Below, piece after piece: positions 28,329 to 40,026 of a DNA stretch of 64,000 nt. This stretch comes from Paragordius varius (taxonomy: Eukaryota > Animalia > Nematomorpha). Each line of letters begins with the position of its first letter. Within the stretch, counting starts at the first letter, position 1. Where the stretch lies: positions 6,758,001 through 6,822,000 of the forward strand of contig OZ176053.1 of the NCBI GenBank assembly GCA_964247055.1, given 5' to 3'. A program made the translations under genes and the position numbers. A model generated the notes under the pieces. That model made no database searches and was not told the origin of the DNA. It was given only the letters and a program-made list of their open reading frames with translations.

Positions 28329-29608
28329 TGTTACACATGCAAATTTTAAATATATATTTTGTATGTATGCTATATTTTGTGTTTGCATTTTCTTATTTTT
28401 TTATTTTTGTATTATTTAAATAATATATCCATTACTCGAAATTTTATTTGTTATCATGCAAATTATATTTACTTAAAAATAGTATATAGAGTACAAAAAA
28501 ACCGAATAAATATCTTTCAAGTTTTAAGACTTATACTTTTTTTACTTTTTATATTTGGTGGCCAATCGAATCCAAACTAATCTAACAAATCTAACATAAC
28601 AGTGGAGCTCCCACCGAGTTCCAAACTCGAATGGTGGATATAGAGTCCAAAGTGCAACAACCATGACAATGTCAATTGCCAATATCACCAACATGTCCAT
28701 CAAAAAAAATGATAATACCAATTATAACAATGGTAATAATTTTAATTGATTACAACAATCAAAACCTCGGACACATTTGCGCAAGGGTTATGGGAGCATT
28801 CATGGGCCAAGCAAATGTCCCGCACCACAATTGCAAATGCGGAACCCAACCACTTCGTTAAAATGTGTAGATCAAAAAACGCTACCAAGAGTATGTTCAC
28901 CGCCAGATCCATAGAAAAGCAAAGCCATCCGCCAGCGCAATGAAAGCGAACGGGCTAAGAATTTGTAGCGACTCTAGAATCACGATCAACAAATGGCTGA
29001 CTTCCACATCATTCAACATTTGATGGTTGTGTAAGTAAGATTGGCGCGGACAATCTTTTAATATTGATCTGTATGGCTAAAGAGTCGCAACACCCTCTAC
29101 GATTTAAACGCAAAGAGGATGTTTCTTACAAAAGGATATCGTTCAGATTCCCCCCAGCGCCGATAATATTTCAATGAGACTGGACCAGTTTAACAAGTAA
29201 TGCTCCCGGAGCGTGTGGCATAGATCAAATGAAACGCGTCAACACACACAACACATTATGTTATTCTTCAAACTATGATGTTACTTATGCTAATATTCGT
29301 CGACAAACACAACACATGATGTTATCTTTCAAACAAGTATTATATCTTACTAAGGGTGAAGTGATGTTACATATGCATAATTATATATTTTGTATGTATG
29401 CTATAGTTTTTTGTGAGATTTGCATTGTCATTTTTATATTTTTGTATTATGTAAATATCATATCCATTTGTTACTCGAAATTTTATTTGTTATCATGCAA
29501 ATTATTTTCACTTAAAAATAGTTATATAGAGTACAAAAAATCGAATAAATATCTTTCAAGTTTTACGACTTATACTTTGTTACTTTTTACAAAAGCGTAA
29601 ATATAACA
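28329..29608 (+). mobile_element. Internally deleted, decayed Ty3/gypsy-type LTR element (~1.3 kb)
   Basis: Direct repeats 28329-28601 and 29365-~29608 both start TGTTAC and end TAACA. PBS TGGAGCTCCCACCGAG lies at 28603 and a purine tract AAGGGTGAAGTGA precedes the 3' LTR. Remnants include a gag zinc knuckle (HGPSKCP...NHFVKMCR) and an RT N-terminus (NGLRICSDSRITINKWL). Confidence 0.8.
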
Positions 29609-30178
29609 ATTTTAAAATCAGCTGACTGCTTATCGTTTTTTTCACCTTCTTATTCAAGATTAAAAAGACATTTTTGACCCTAGCACAGTATTGTATATAT
29701 TTTTGTATACATTGTAACAGTTTATTTTCTTAATGAATTAATAAATTATTTCATAGTATGTTCAAATTTAAGATAACTAGAAATTATTAGACCTCTATTT
29801 TGGTTAAGAAATAAAAAAAATTGGTGTAATGAATGTATTTTTTATCTAACACTGATTTTCCTTGAAACTTAGTAAATTATACCATACGTTTATTCAATAG
29901 TCATCAGTTATTGCTTTATTGCTAAAAACAACTTTTTACGTTATTTAATCATTTATAAATATTATAAGAAAATGGCTTACATGTGCAAATCGATGCCAAA
30001 ATAAAGAAATATAGGTTTATGATCACTGTTTACCGGATTAGTAAAGTCAATAAAATAAATATAGTTGGCAAAAATGCACACTAATAACTAACGCACATTT
30101 TATAAATAAAAATGATTTGGTTTAATCAAAATTTTGTTTTAATCTGTCATTTCTTATTGTATTCTCTGAGCTGGGATT

Positions 30179-31165
30179 CTGGGCAGGCCACAGGTATTTA
30201 TGAGGATTTAGAATTTTTTTAAAAGACTTGGTTGACCAAAAACAATTATAGTACTGACCATTTTATGCTTTCTCTTCCTACCTAACATATTAATATAGAA
30301 TATGTCGTCGGTACGCCATTAAGGTAAAAATAACGTTAAAATAAAAAAAAGACTCCGATAATTTTTAAATAAATTTTTTATATACATAAAAAATATACAG
30401 TTTAGAGTATTTTTTTTCTTTTTTTGTCAAAGGGTAAGGACTTAAATTGTATACGGACATGTGAAGGCTTTAACACTCGCCTGCTCAGGGCTGACAATGA
30501 TGATGGAAAAATTGCGTAGTTTAGGAGTTAAAATTCTGGCATGCAGTGTAAGAGTCCGGCTCCCTACCTACTATACCATCATGCCTTTTAAATAATTTTT
30601 TTTTTAAAAAAAATAAATTTTTATTTATAACATGGGTTATTCTTTGATATATTTTTTATACCTGATTATCTAAAAAATAGCTGGGCAGGCCACAGGTATT
30701 TATGAGGATTTAGAATTTTTTTATGACTTGATTGACCAAAAACAATTATAGTACTGACCATTTTATGCTTTCTCTTCCTACCTAACATATTAAAATAGAA
30801 TATGTCGCCGGTACGCCATTAAGTTAAAAATAACGTTAAAGAATTAAAAAATACCCCGTTAATTTTTAAATAAATTTTTTATTTATAAAAATATATACAG
30901 TTTAGAGTATTTTTTTTCTTTTTTTGTCAAAGGGTAAGGACTTAAATTGTATACGGACATGTTTAACACTCGCCTGCTCAGGCTGACAATGATGATGGAA
31001 AAATTGCCTAGTTTCGGGGTTCAAATTCTGGCACTGAGTGTAAGAGTCCGGCGCCCTACCTAATATACCATCATGCCTTTTAAATAATTATTTTTAAAAA
31101 AATAATTTTTATTTATAACAATGGTTACTCTTTGCTATATTTTTTATACCGGATTATCCCACAAA
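30179..31165. repeat. Tandem duplication of a ~500-bp unit (two copies)
   Basis: Units start CTGGGCAGGCCACAGGTATTTATGAGG at 30179 and 30681 and are colinear throughout, with scattered substitutions and small indels. Confidence 0.92.
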
Positions 31166-32026
31166 TAGACTCGCGTTTAAAATTAACTTTGTACAATTTT
31201 GAAAAATATTAATTTAAATTTGCTAAATAATAGTTGTGAACAACTTTCATTTTTAACTCTGTATAAAAATTTAACTTTGAAATTCAAAGTATTTGACAAT
31301 TGCTTTTTTTCGAATCAAAATTTTTTGCAAAAGATTTTTCGTTTTTTTGTGGTAAATGCCAAAGAGGTTATAAGAATTCTATAATTTTTTTATTATTCAT
31401 TATATGATACAATCGCTTAAGTTATTTAATATTGGATATTTTAGCTGGCCATTTAACACTTCATTATTTTTTCACTTTTTTGTCCTGGTTATTTTTTGGG
31501 GTAGTTTTATATTCCAGTGCTCAATTTTGTAAAATAAACTACTGTTTTAAATGTTATTTTAGATATATCATCAAACATTGTTCTAATTTATTAGTTAATA
31601 AATTTACATATTTTACAGTTTTAGGACTTTTAGAGTTTATTGGGACAGCTCCAAAACTCGATTAAAACGAACAGCTGATATTAAAATCAAAATTTATTAA
31701 GTTTTTGCTAATATAGCATGAAAGCTGCTTAAAATTAATTATATTTTCTAACCACAACATACATTTGTTTACCTGTTGCATTGGCAATTTTAATATAAAA
31801 TTATAGAAGAAAATGGTGGCAAAAAAGTTTGAGATGTAGATTTTTTTACAAATTTACATTTTTTTAAAAAATTTGTATAATCCGCCTAAAAGGCTAAAAA
31901 AGCATATTTTTAAATTCGGCTTTATACTCTAATTTTTAAGATATTCAAATTTTAAATCGCTCTGGGAGGTAATGGAATGTTATTAGTGAATGGATACTTA
32001 AAAATATGTAATATATTTATTTTTAG

Positions 32027-35000
32027 AAGAAAATGTGAACGAACCGATCAGTGATGAAACAATTTTTTTCAACAATACATCAAGTAGAAACATTATATTA
32101 ATTGATGATTATAAAACCATAATTATTTCATTATTTCCTAAATATTTAATAAATTTTAATATCATTTATTTAGGTGACTTAATCATACCTGGATTTTTCG
32201 TACCAGAAGGTGAGTTTATATAATACCTAACAAAAGAATGATTTTTTTATCATTTAAAACGGTAATAAATTAGTTATGAGATTATAAAGACAGGTAATTT
32301 TCCTAATATATGATTTTTTTTAAATTTCATTATAACATTCAACGATATTTTATGTAAAGCTCTAAAAACACTGTTTAAAAAGGTTGAAAATCATTATTAA
32401 ATTTTCTCTATTTTACAGTTTATTATATAATTTTGTTTGCGAAATTGGTGCATATTATTAAATACAAATAATTAGTATATTATTAAATTTATATTTAAAG
32501 TGAATATTTTATTGATAATTTGCATGAATTTTTTAGCGCCCAAAGATTTAAACACCATCCCAAGTATTTGATTTTTCATGTATAATGCTCAACAAGTTAA
32601 TCGATTGTTCGCATAATTTAACATTTAAATTTAACACATCTTAATAAAATAATTTATAAATTTTAAATTAAAAATATTCATTAGTAGGCATTTTAACGGT
32701 TGCTTATTTCACACTATAGTTGGGCATTCGGAACACAGTAGTGTATGGTAGAAAAAAATGTTGAAAAAACAATCTTTTCCTTTCTTTTTTCGATACACTA
32801 CTGAAGGCGTCGGGAAACTAGGGCTCGTCGCCGTGTGTTTTTTATATTAATAAACTATTATATTGACATAAAGTGCTATATTTTCAAGAGTCGCCTAAAT
32901 ATTTTGAAAACGACTTACCTCCAAAAAATGTCCGACCCTGTATTACTGTGTATCAAATTCTAATATAGTGTATAATAAGCAACCATTTGTATAACGAGGT
33001 GTGACAGAATGATGAATGTTTTTATAAATAGTTGATATTTTCTAGGTGGAATCAGAATCGTAGGTATGCATATATTTATATGTCGAAAACTGTATTATTA
33101 AATAACTATTTAAAACGGTTAATATATTTAATTATCCATTTTTCTTCGAGTTTATACACTATACTATTTGTCATTAGTTTAACAAAAAATTAAGATAGTA
33201 TACGATATTTTAATGATGATCCTGCTAAGGGCGATTTGGGTAAGAGTTAAAAAATATAGACGCAAGAAACTATGTCGCTAAATTTGGATTTTAATCATAT
33301 TTTTTTTAAAAAAATGATATTTATTGACATATTTGAATGGGGTTAATTTAATTGTAAAAAATATGTTATAATATATAGATAATACGTCGCTATCACTATC
33401 AAACAGTAATTCATAATTTATTAATATTTATTTAAATATGATTGCTAATATATATTAATGCCTTAAATAAACATGTATCTGGATTATTTGAATAAAATAG
33501 GAAAGTACTCGGGTATATTTCATATTTAGGGAAAATAAGTGATTTAACACTAAATATTTTTTAACATGAAACTATTTATTAATCACATTTTATTAATTCC
33601 AAAATTAATTTTTTTGACAATTAAACAATTTTTTCAGTTTAACGTCTAGAAAAACAAAATGTAGGTTTTATAAAATCAGGCCTTTTCCTTTTTTAACCTA
33701 ATCTATATATTTATAAAAATGGAAAATGCTGGCTTTGTGATCTGTTTCCGGAAAACCCATTCAAACCCAAATTTCGAAAAAATATAATCATTAATGAATG
33801 CCCCGACATTAGTTTCGCCCTTTTTTTGAAATATGCCCCCAGTTCGGGCCCACCCCGTGTGAAAAACGGGTTTTTTTTGAAAACAGAAGTTCACAAAAAT
33901 CGTGTCTTGTGACAATATTCCGGAGAACGTGTTGGACCATTGAATTTCAAATATAATTTTTGTTTACTTGTTTTCGATTGCGCCGAACATGGTCGTCTCG
34001 CTTTTTTAATTTAGGCCCTCTTTTTACCCACCCCGTAAAATGCCATTTTTTCAAAAAACAAAGTCCACAAAAATAATTTTTTGAATCTATTTTTCGCCCA
34101 AGTAAACAATATATTAGTATGAATGCACCGTTTTGAAATTCCTACGATATCATAGCTATTAAATCATGTTTCGAAATAAATCACATATGTGGATTTTTAT
34201 TGTCCCTTTCTTTAAATAGCCCCCCCCCCCCCCCGAAGTCCGAAGGACTTCCTCGGGCTGCGTAGCAGCACGAGATTTACGCTATTTTTTATATTTTTAT
34301 TTTTTTTTAATTCATAGATTGTCGCCAAATTGAATGCAATCTTATCTGTCTGTTTGGTTACAAATTTAAGGATGGTTGTCCCATTTGTGAATGTGCAATT
34401 TATTTTATCACCAATATTTTATAGATATATATATTACCCTAAATAATTTTTTAGGTTTGTTAATTAATAAACTTATTTTATTGTAACTAAATAATTAGAA
34501 TTTAATATTTGACTACCAACGGGAACCATTAGCTTTTTTGGAACTGTTTTCATATCAAATAAAAAATCAAATTAAGAAACCGCAGTTCTAAAGAATAATT
34601 TAATTTATTTAATATTTAAAAAATTTCTGGCAATCGGCGAACAAAAATTATTTTAAAGAAAAATCTTTGTATCCGAACCATACAACAACAAACTGTATAT
34701 ATTTTAACTTTTAGGTTAAAATTTTATCATTGTTTCGGTCATTTTGTATGCAACTAATAAGCTCTATTTTATTAGGTTGTCCGTTTTGTTCACTAACATG
34801 TCTCCCTCGACGATTCCTCAATTACAAAAGATCAATAACCAATCATTGTTACGAGTGCCATTGTAAATTCTATAATATACTATGCATTTTATTTTAAGAT
34901 TATTTAATAACTAAATATCAATTTTTTATTATGACTTATAGGCTGCAAAATTCCTCCAGTCAAATGTAAATATGGATATTTATATAATCGAAAAGGATGT

Positions 35001-35051
35001 CCTATATCTTGCAAATCCATTAGTGCCTTTAAACCGTTAAACAGCAGATAA
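32027..35051 (+). CDS. Multi-exon gene for a probable secreted protein with three antistasin-like Cys modules (5' end not located)
   Basis: Cys-module exons: 34318-34392 (DCRQIECNLICLFGYKFKDGCPICE), 34776-34862 (CCPFCSLTC...HCYECH), 34942-35051 (CCKIPPVKCKYGYLYNRKGCPISC...*). Module 1 fits the antistasin pattern C-x4-C-x3-C-x2-G...GC-x2-C-x-C. Candidate upstream phase-1 exons are 32027-32083, 32174-32209, 32537-32563, 32889-32939, 33046-33063, 33195-33239; these are less certain. Confidence 0.62.
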
Positions 35052-37920
35052 CTACCTTAAATAAATATTATTTTTTAAAAATATTAATATTTAGCTAAAT
35101 GTTATGCGTAAAGTTTTTTCATACAATAAAACATTCATTTAAAAGAGATATTTAATTAGATCCATATGAACAAAAAGTACTTTTATTTCAATCTTGATAA
35201 ATATATTCCGCCTAATAAAATAATTGGGCAATGAATATTTTTGTTGATATATTGTAGAATTTTATTATATATTTGCTATTTTTTGACTTCACATCGATAT
35301 CGATTTCCATGTTCATAGGACGATTGGTATTTGATCCATTATTTAATGTTTATGTTTAAAATTAATTCCATTTATCAGGTATAGAATGAGGGAGGCCCTT
35401 AATGCTCAAAACAATTTTGAGTTTAGCAAGCGTTAATGAAGGTTATACATAACGGATAATTAACATTGTTAAAGATAGCGAAAAATATTAGATTGTAGGA
35501 ATCTAACCTATAATCTCGTATGAAACATAATAAAACATGATAATCAGGCATTGAATGCGCCGAGCAATAATGACAAGTGGTAGAGGGCGCATTCATAAGG
35601 TTTTTTTCCTTTCTCTTGGCACTCCTTCTTAGGTGCAGGGCGAATTCTTCTTTTAAAAATTAAGTTTTTTATTTGGTGTAATGGTTTTGACAGACCCCAG
35701 CGGATTATATGTAATCAGTCACCCCTTTAATTTCTTTATTTATGTTACTACATCTTTTAACACATAGATAAAAACTGACGCAGAATAATAAGTTTCGATT
35801 TGATAATAAAAGGTCTAATTTATTACATGTTTTAAGAAATCAAACATGTAAATAATGTTAAATGTTGTTTTTGCTCCTTTTATATGAATAATTTTTGGGG
35901 TAAAAATCCCTAGAGCCTAAAATTAGTATATAAAAGATATTTTTAAACACGATTACATTATTCTGATATATTAATTGAAAAAATTATTCTTTTAGGGTTT
36001 ACATAAATGAAAAAGAATGTAAATCAATTGAAACAAAAAAATAAAAAAAACTTAAGAAATATCCAAGACTACTATTATAAATATAATTAAGTTAATATAT
36101 TTTATACAACACACATTCATATTTTACAGTATTCGAGCTATTTAAAAGAGTCCCAAAAACATTTGGCAGCTAAAATCTATGGTAAACCTGTGTTTACAAA
36201 TTCCTCTTTTTTATAAAATTTTGTAATGCGCCAAAGGCTATAGAAAGTATGCTTTTATTTGCCTTATATATATCAATCTATAAAATAATATTTACAATCA
36301 TAATGATCTAGAAACAAGATCATTAATTTCATATAATTATATGTTTATGATTAACAAATAAGTCCAAAGTTTAGCTTTTGTGAAGTTTGAAGATAGTCCT
36401 ATGAGGGAATTTCTTAATAATAATTAAAAATTATACTTGGGCCAAATTTATAAATATATGTTCTATGGGCTTTTAAGCCTATTATACGTAAAACATGTAA
36501 AATACAAAAAATCCCTCTCCGATCTTATAGCCGACATCCTTAATTTTTAAAAGAGCAGAAAAACCTGACAAAATTGATTATGGTTAAATTTTTTTTGGGT
36601 GGTTTTGTATCCAAAAATGTCAAAAGAATCTGTAGCGCATCTTAATTTCTTATGAATTTGTAAAAATGTAGTTCAAATATTCTCACCTCAAACATTTACG
36701 CCGCTAATTTTTTTTTATATTTTTTAAATAGCTAATACAACCACAAATAAATGTTTATTATGGTTGAAGATATAATTAATTATTGAACAGCTTTATCACA
36801 TTTACAGAGTGTCTGGATGTTTCTTGATATAGCTGTTTGCCTCAAACGTATTTGGAATTAGCCAATTCGAAAGCTAGAAGTTAAAAACTGTAAAAAATAT
36901 AAGTTTTTCTAATCAGTATAATAGTGTTAATAATAGAAGTTTGACCAAAACAAAGGGTAAAAAATCAATTAATATAAGTGTCATATAAAAGTATCCAAAA
37001 TGTCATTGTCAACAAAAAAATGAAAAGGTGATGAAGTGTTAATAAATTATTATTAAACTATTATAAAACCTTTAACGGATTTTAAGCCTTAACTATTTAA
37101 AAGCTTTAGGTTCGGATTCAAATAATTTTAAACTGGTTTAACCCAAATTTTATTTCATAAGATCTTACGTTAAATGCACTAGAAATTTCCTTTCTATATC
37201 ATATTTAACATTTCCATTTTATGAGTTGATATTTCCGGGTGGTTTCCTACCCTAGAACTTAAAGTAATTCAACTGTTTAGAAAGTTGTTTTGATTAAAAT
37301 ATGATAATCAAAATTTCTCATGTATTAAATATTTTATACTTTTTACATTTTATGGCTTCTATTGCCCTAATTCAGATAGCTTTCGATTAAGATTAAAAAT
37401 TTACAAGTAACTTGTAATATAAAACCTATCCAAATGATTTATATTTAATCATAATAAACATGGCTGTTGTATTCGCAATTTAAAAAATCTAAAAAAAATG
37501 GTGAAAGTTTGAGATGAGGATATTTGGCATATTTTAAATATTATTTTAATCATGCGCATAAAAGGTAAAGGATAGCATATTTTTGATATAAACCAATGTT
37601 AAAAATATTTTTTAAGATATTTTTAAATGTCCCTAAAATATATTACCCTGTATTCATGTAACAAATATTTGGCAAACCAAGTTAGTTAGGACTTTTGTCT
37701 TTTTTAAAAGAAAACGAAATGTTTTAACATAATTTTTAAAAGCTTAAAAAAGCTTATAAGGAATTTTAAATCTAATTTAAAAGGTTTTAAAATTTATACA
37801 GTATATAATTGAATTTTGATGGGCTACCATGTCAGTAATATTTGTATTTATTATGTTTCCCATACCTTGGTAATCTATTGACGAACCAATCGTATCAATA
37901 CAAATACACGCTTTATCGAT

Positions 37921-38993
37921 ATGCGAAATACTCTCGTTTACATTTTTTATTTGGCATCTATCTCGTTAACATTTATATATTCTAAAGAGAATAAATGTGA
38001 AGGTTTTTTTATATTCTATATTTAAGTGTGTGAAAATGTATTTAATAAGTATCTTGAAGAATATTCACCTTACACAACCAATGAATCGTTTGAAACATTC
38101 CGTGACAATTTTCATAAATTTTGTGAAAAACTTACAGTTAAGGAGGAAAAAAATTTAGTTTTTTATTTATAATATTTAGTGTCACACTTTAGGTGCATAT
38201 CCAAATTCTATGGAATCGTTCATGAAAACTGTATATGATAAACTAAATTTGTTTTCTACTTCTGATATAATTTGCAAGAAATTACAAGATATAAAAGGAG
38301 TCTGCACCAAATACGGTATTTTATTTTGCATCATACATTTACCTTTTAACCCCTTTTTAATGCTTTGACATGATTTTTAATTTTATGAATCAATAATAAT
38401 ATCACCCAAATATATACTACATTTATAAAATATATATACATCAACATTATATTGTTAAAAACCGATATTCATTAAAACGGTAAGTATTTTATTTTATTAA
38501 ACTTTTTTTTTATTTCGATTTTACTTTAGCCTTTTAATTGTTATAACCTCACAAAACTCTTTATTTTCATTATCCCTGCAAGGGTGCATAGTCTTTGTGG
38601 AACCAAAATCATGAGCCTTTTATTAAAACGATTCGTTACCATTTTTAAAAATTTGGGCAATTTATTTGGCTTTTTGTAAATTTAAACATTTTGATCAACT
38701 CCTTTTTAATAATATATGGAACTGGAATCAAGAAAAAAATCTTGAACCATAATCACAAACGATTTTAATTTAAATCCCTGACATCAATATGTTAACTCGA
38801 TTATTATATTTATATAGAAGTTTTACCGGATTTCAGTAAGCCAGAGAAGTTGAGTGTTAAACAATTGAAAAAAATACTTAGTAACTGGGGAGTCCGTTGT
38901 GATGGCTGTCTCGAAAAAACAGATTTTGTAAAACGATTCGAAGAAGTCAAAGATCAATATATAAAAACAGAGACACCAAAAAATGAACTATAA
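37921..38993 (+). CDS. MANF: MANF/ARMET (CDNF family) ER-resident neurotrophic factor
   Basis: Exons 37921-38002, 38027-38157, 38180-38315, 38818-38993. The protein has a signal peptide, then CEVC, KFC...[49 protein letters not shown], and a KDEL-like C-terminus KNEL*. It is absent from the ORF track because of its tiny introns. Confidence 0.95.
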
Positions 38994-39249
38994 TATTTTT
39001 ATACTTAATAATTTTAAGAATAAGGGGATATATGAATTATTCTTGTCATAGTTTGGTTGTTATTTTACGGAAAATATATTGTAAATTATTATCTGATGCA
39101 CATCATAATATTATAACATTCTTATAAATGCTCAATATGTAAATAATATTTTAATAAATTTTGATTTTCATGTTAATTTTGCCACAATATCTTGGTGACA
39201 AAATAACATTAGACTCCTCAAATAATAGCGCAATTAACGCCAGAATAAT

Positions 39250-39700
39250 CGTACCTGGGGAAAATACCATCAGCTAAGATACATACTAAAACAAAAGCAC
39301 ATCCCTCAAAAATTTATAAAATGGGTATAAGACCAGTTTTGAAGGCCACAGAAACCATGGCATTAACACAAACTCTCAAGAGAAACGTTTCATCAGCGCT
39401 GAAAATCACATACTACGCCTGATGTCAACGCAACTTAATCACCAAGATCTCCGCAATTACATACTGGGATCAATAAACAATTCAAAAGAATGAGATACTA
39501 CGGTTACCTTGACTGTATGAATCCTGATAATCCGATCAGAACCTCATTTGAATAATCCCGCCTGGATACAATAAACCCGATCGTCCTCGTTTAACTTGGG
39601 TTAAAAAAGGTTGATCGGGATTTTTAACAACTTAACCTCCTAAAAACAGATTGTATTGATAAAGAACTATTTCACAAAAAGCTGGATAGTTTACGATGAT
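39250..39700 (+). mobile_element. Decayed RTE-like LINE 3' fragment
   Basis: Remnant translation IYKMGIRPVL...ETMALT, KRMRYYGYLDCMNPD and DRPRLTWVK matches the C-terminal part of RTE ORF2. Confidence 0.65.
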
Positions 39701-40026
39701 GTGCCATCAACTCATTATTAAACAACAACAAATTGTGTTAATATATATAATTTCGGTTTGGTAAAAATTAGGTGACTAATATAATTTGTAAGACACACGT
39801 AGTTTTAAAATGCTATAAAGACTAAGATATAGTTGTGTATATTGATATTTTTCACCGTTGTATAATATTAAATTAACACTTTTTAGGGACAAAATAAGCG
39901 TTATTTTCTATAAAAAAATTTATTGGATAATTGCAATTTATTGATTATACGTTAGATTGGAATGATAAAGGTGTTCAAACATGATTTATCATAAAAATCT
40001 TTGATTTAAAACATTACTTTTCAATC

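Noticed and set aside
32160-32210. LGDLIIPGFF resembles the signal peptide peptidase GxGD motif
   Set aside because: The L and G come from the intron boundary, and no multi-pass transmembrane context or YD motif is nearby.
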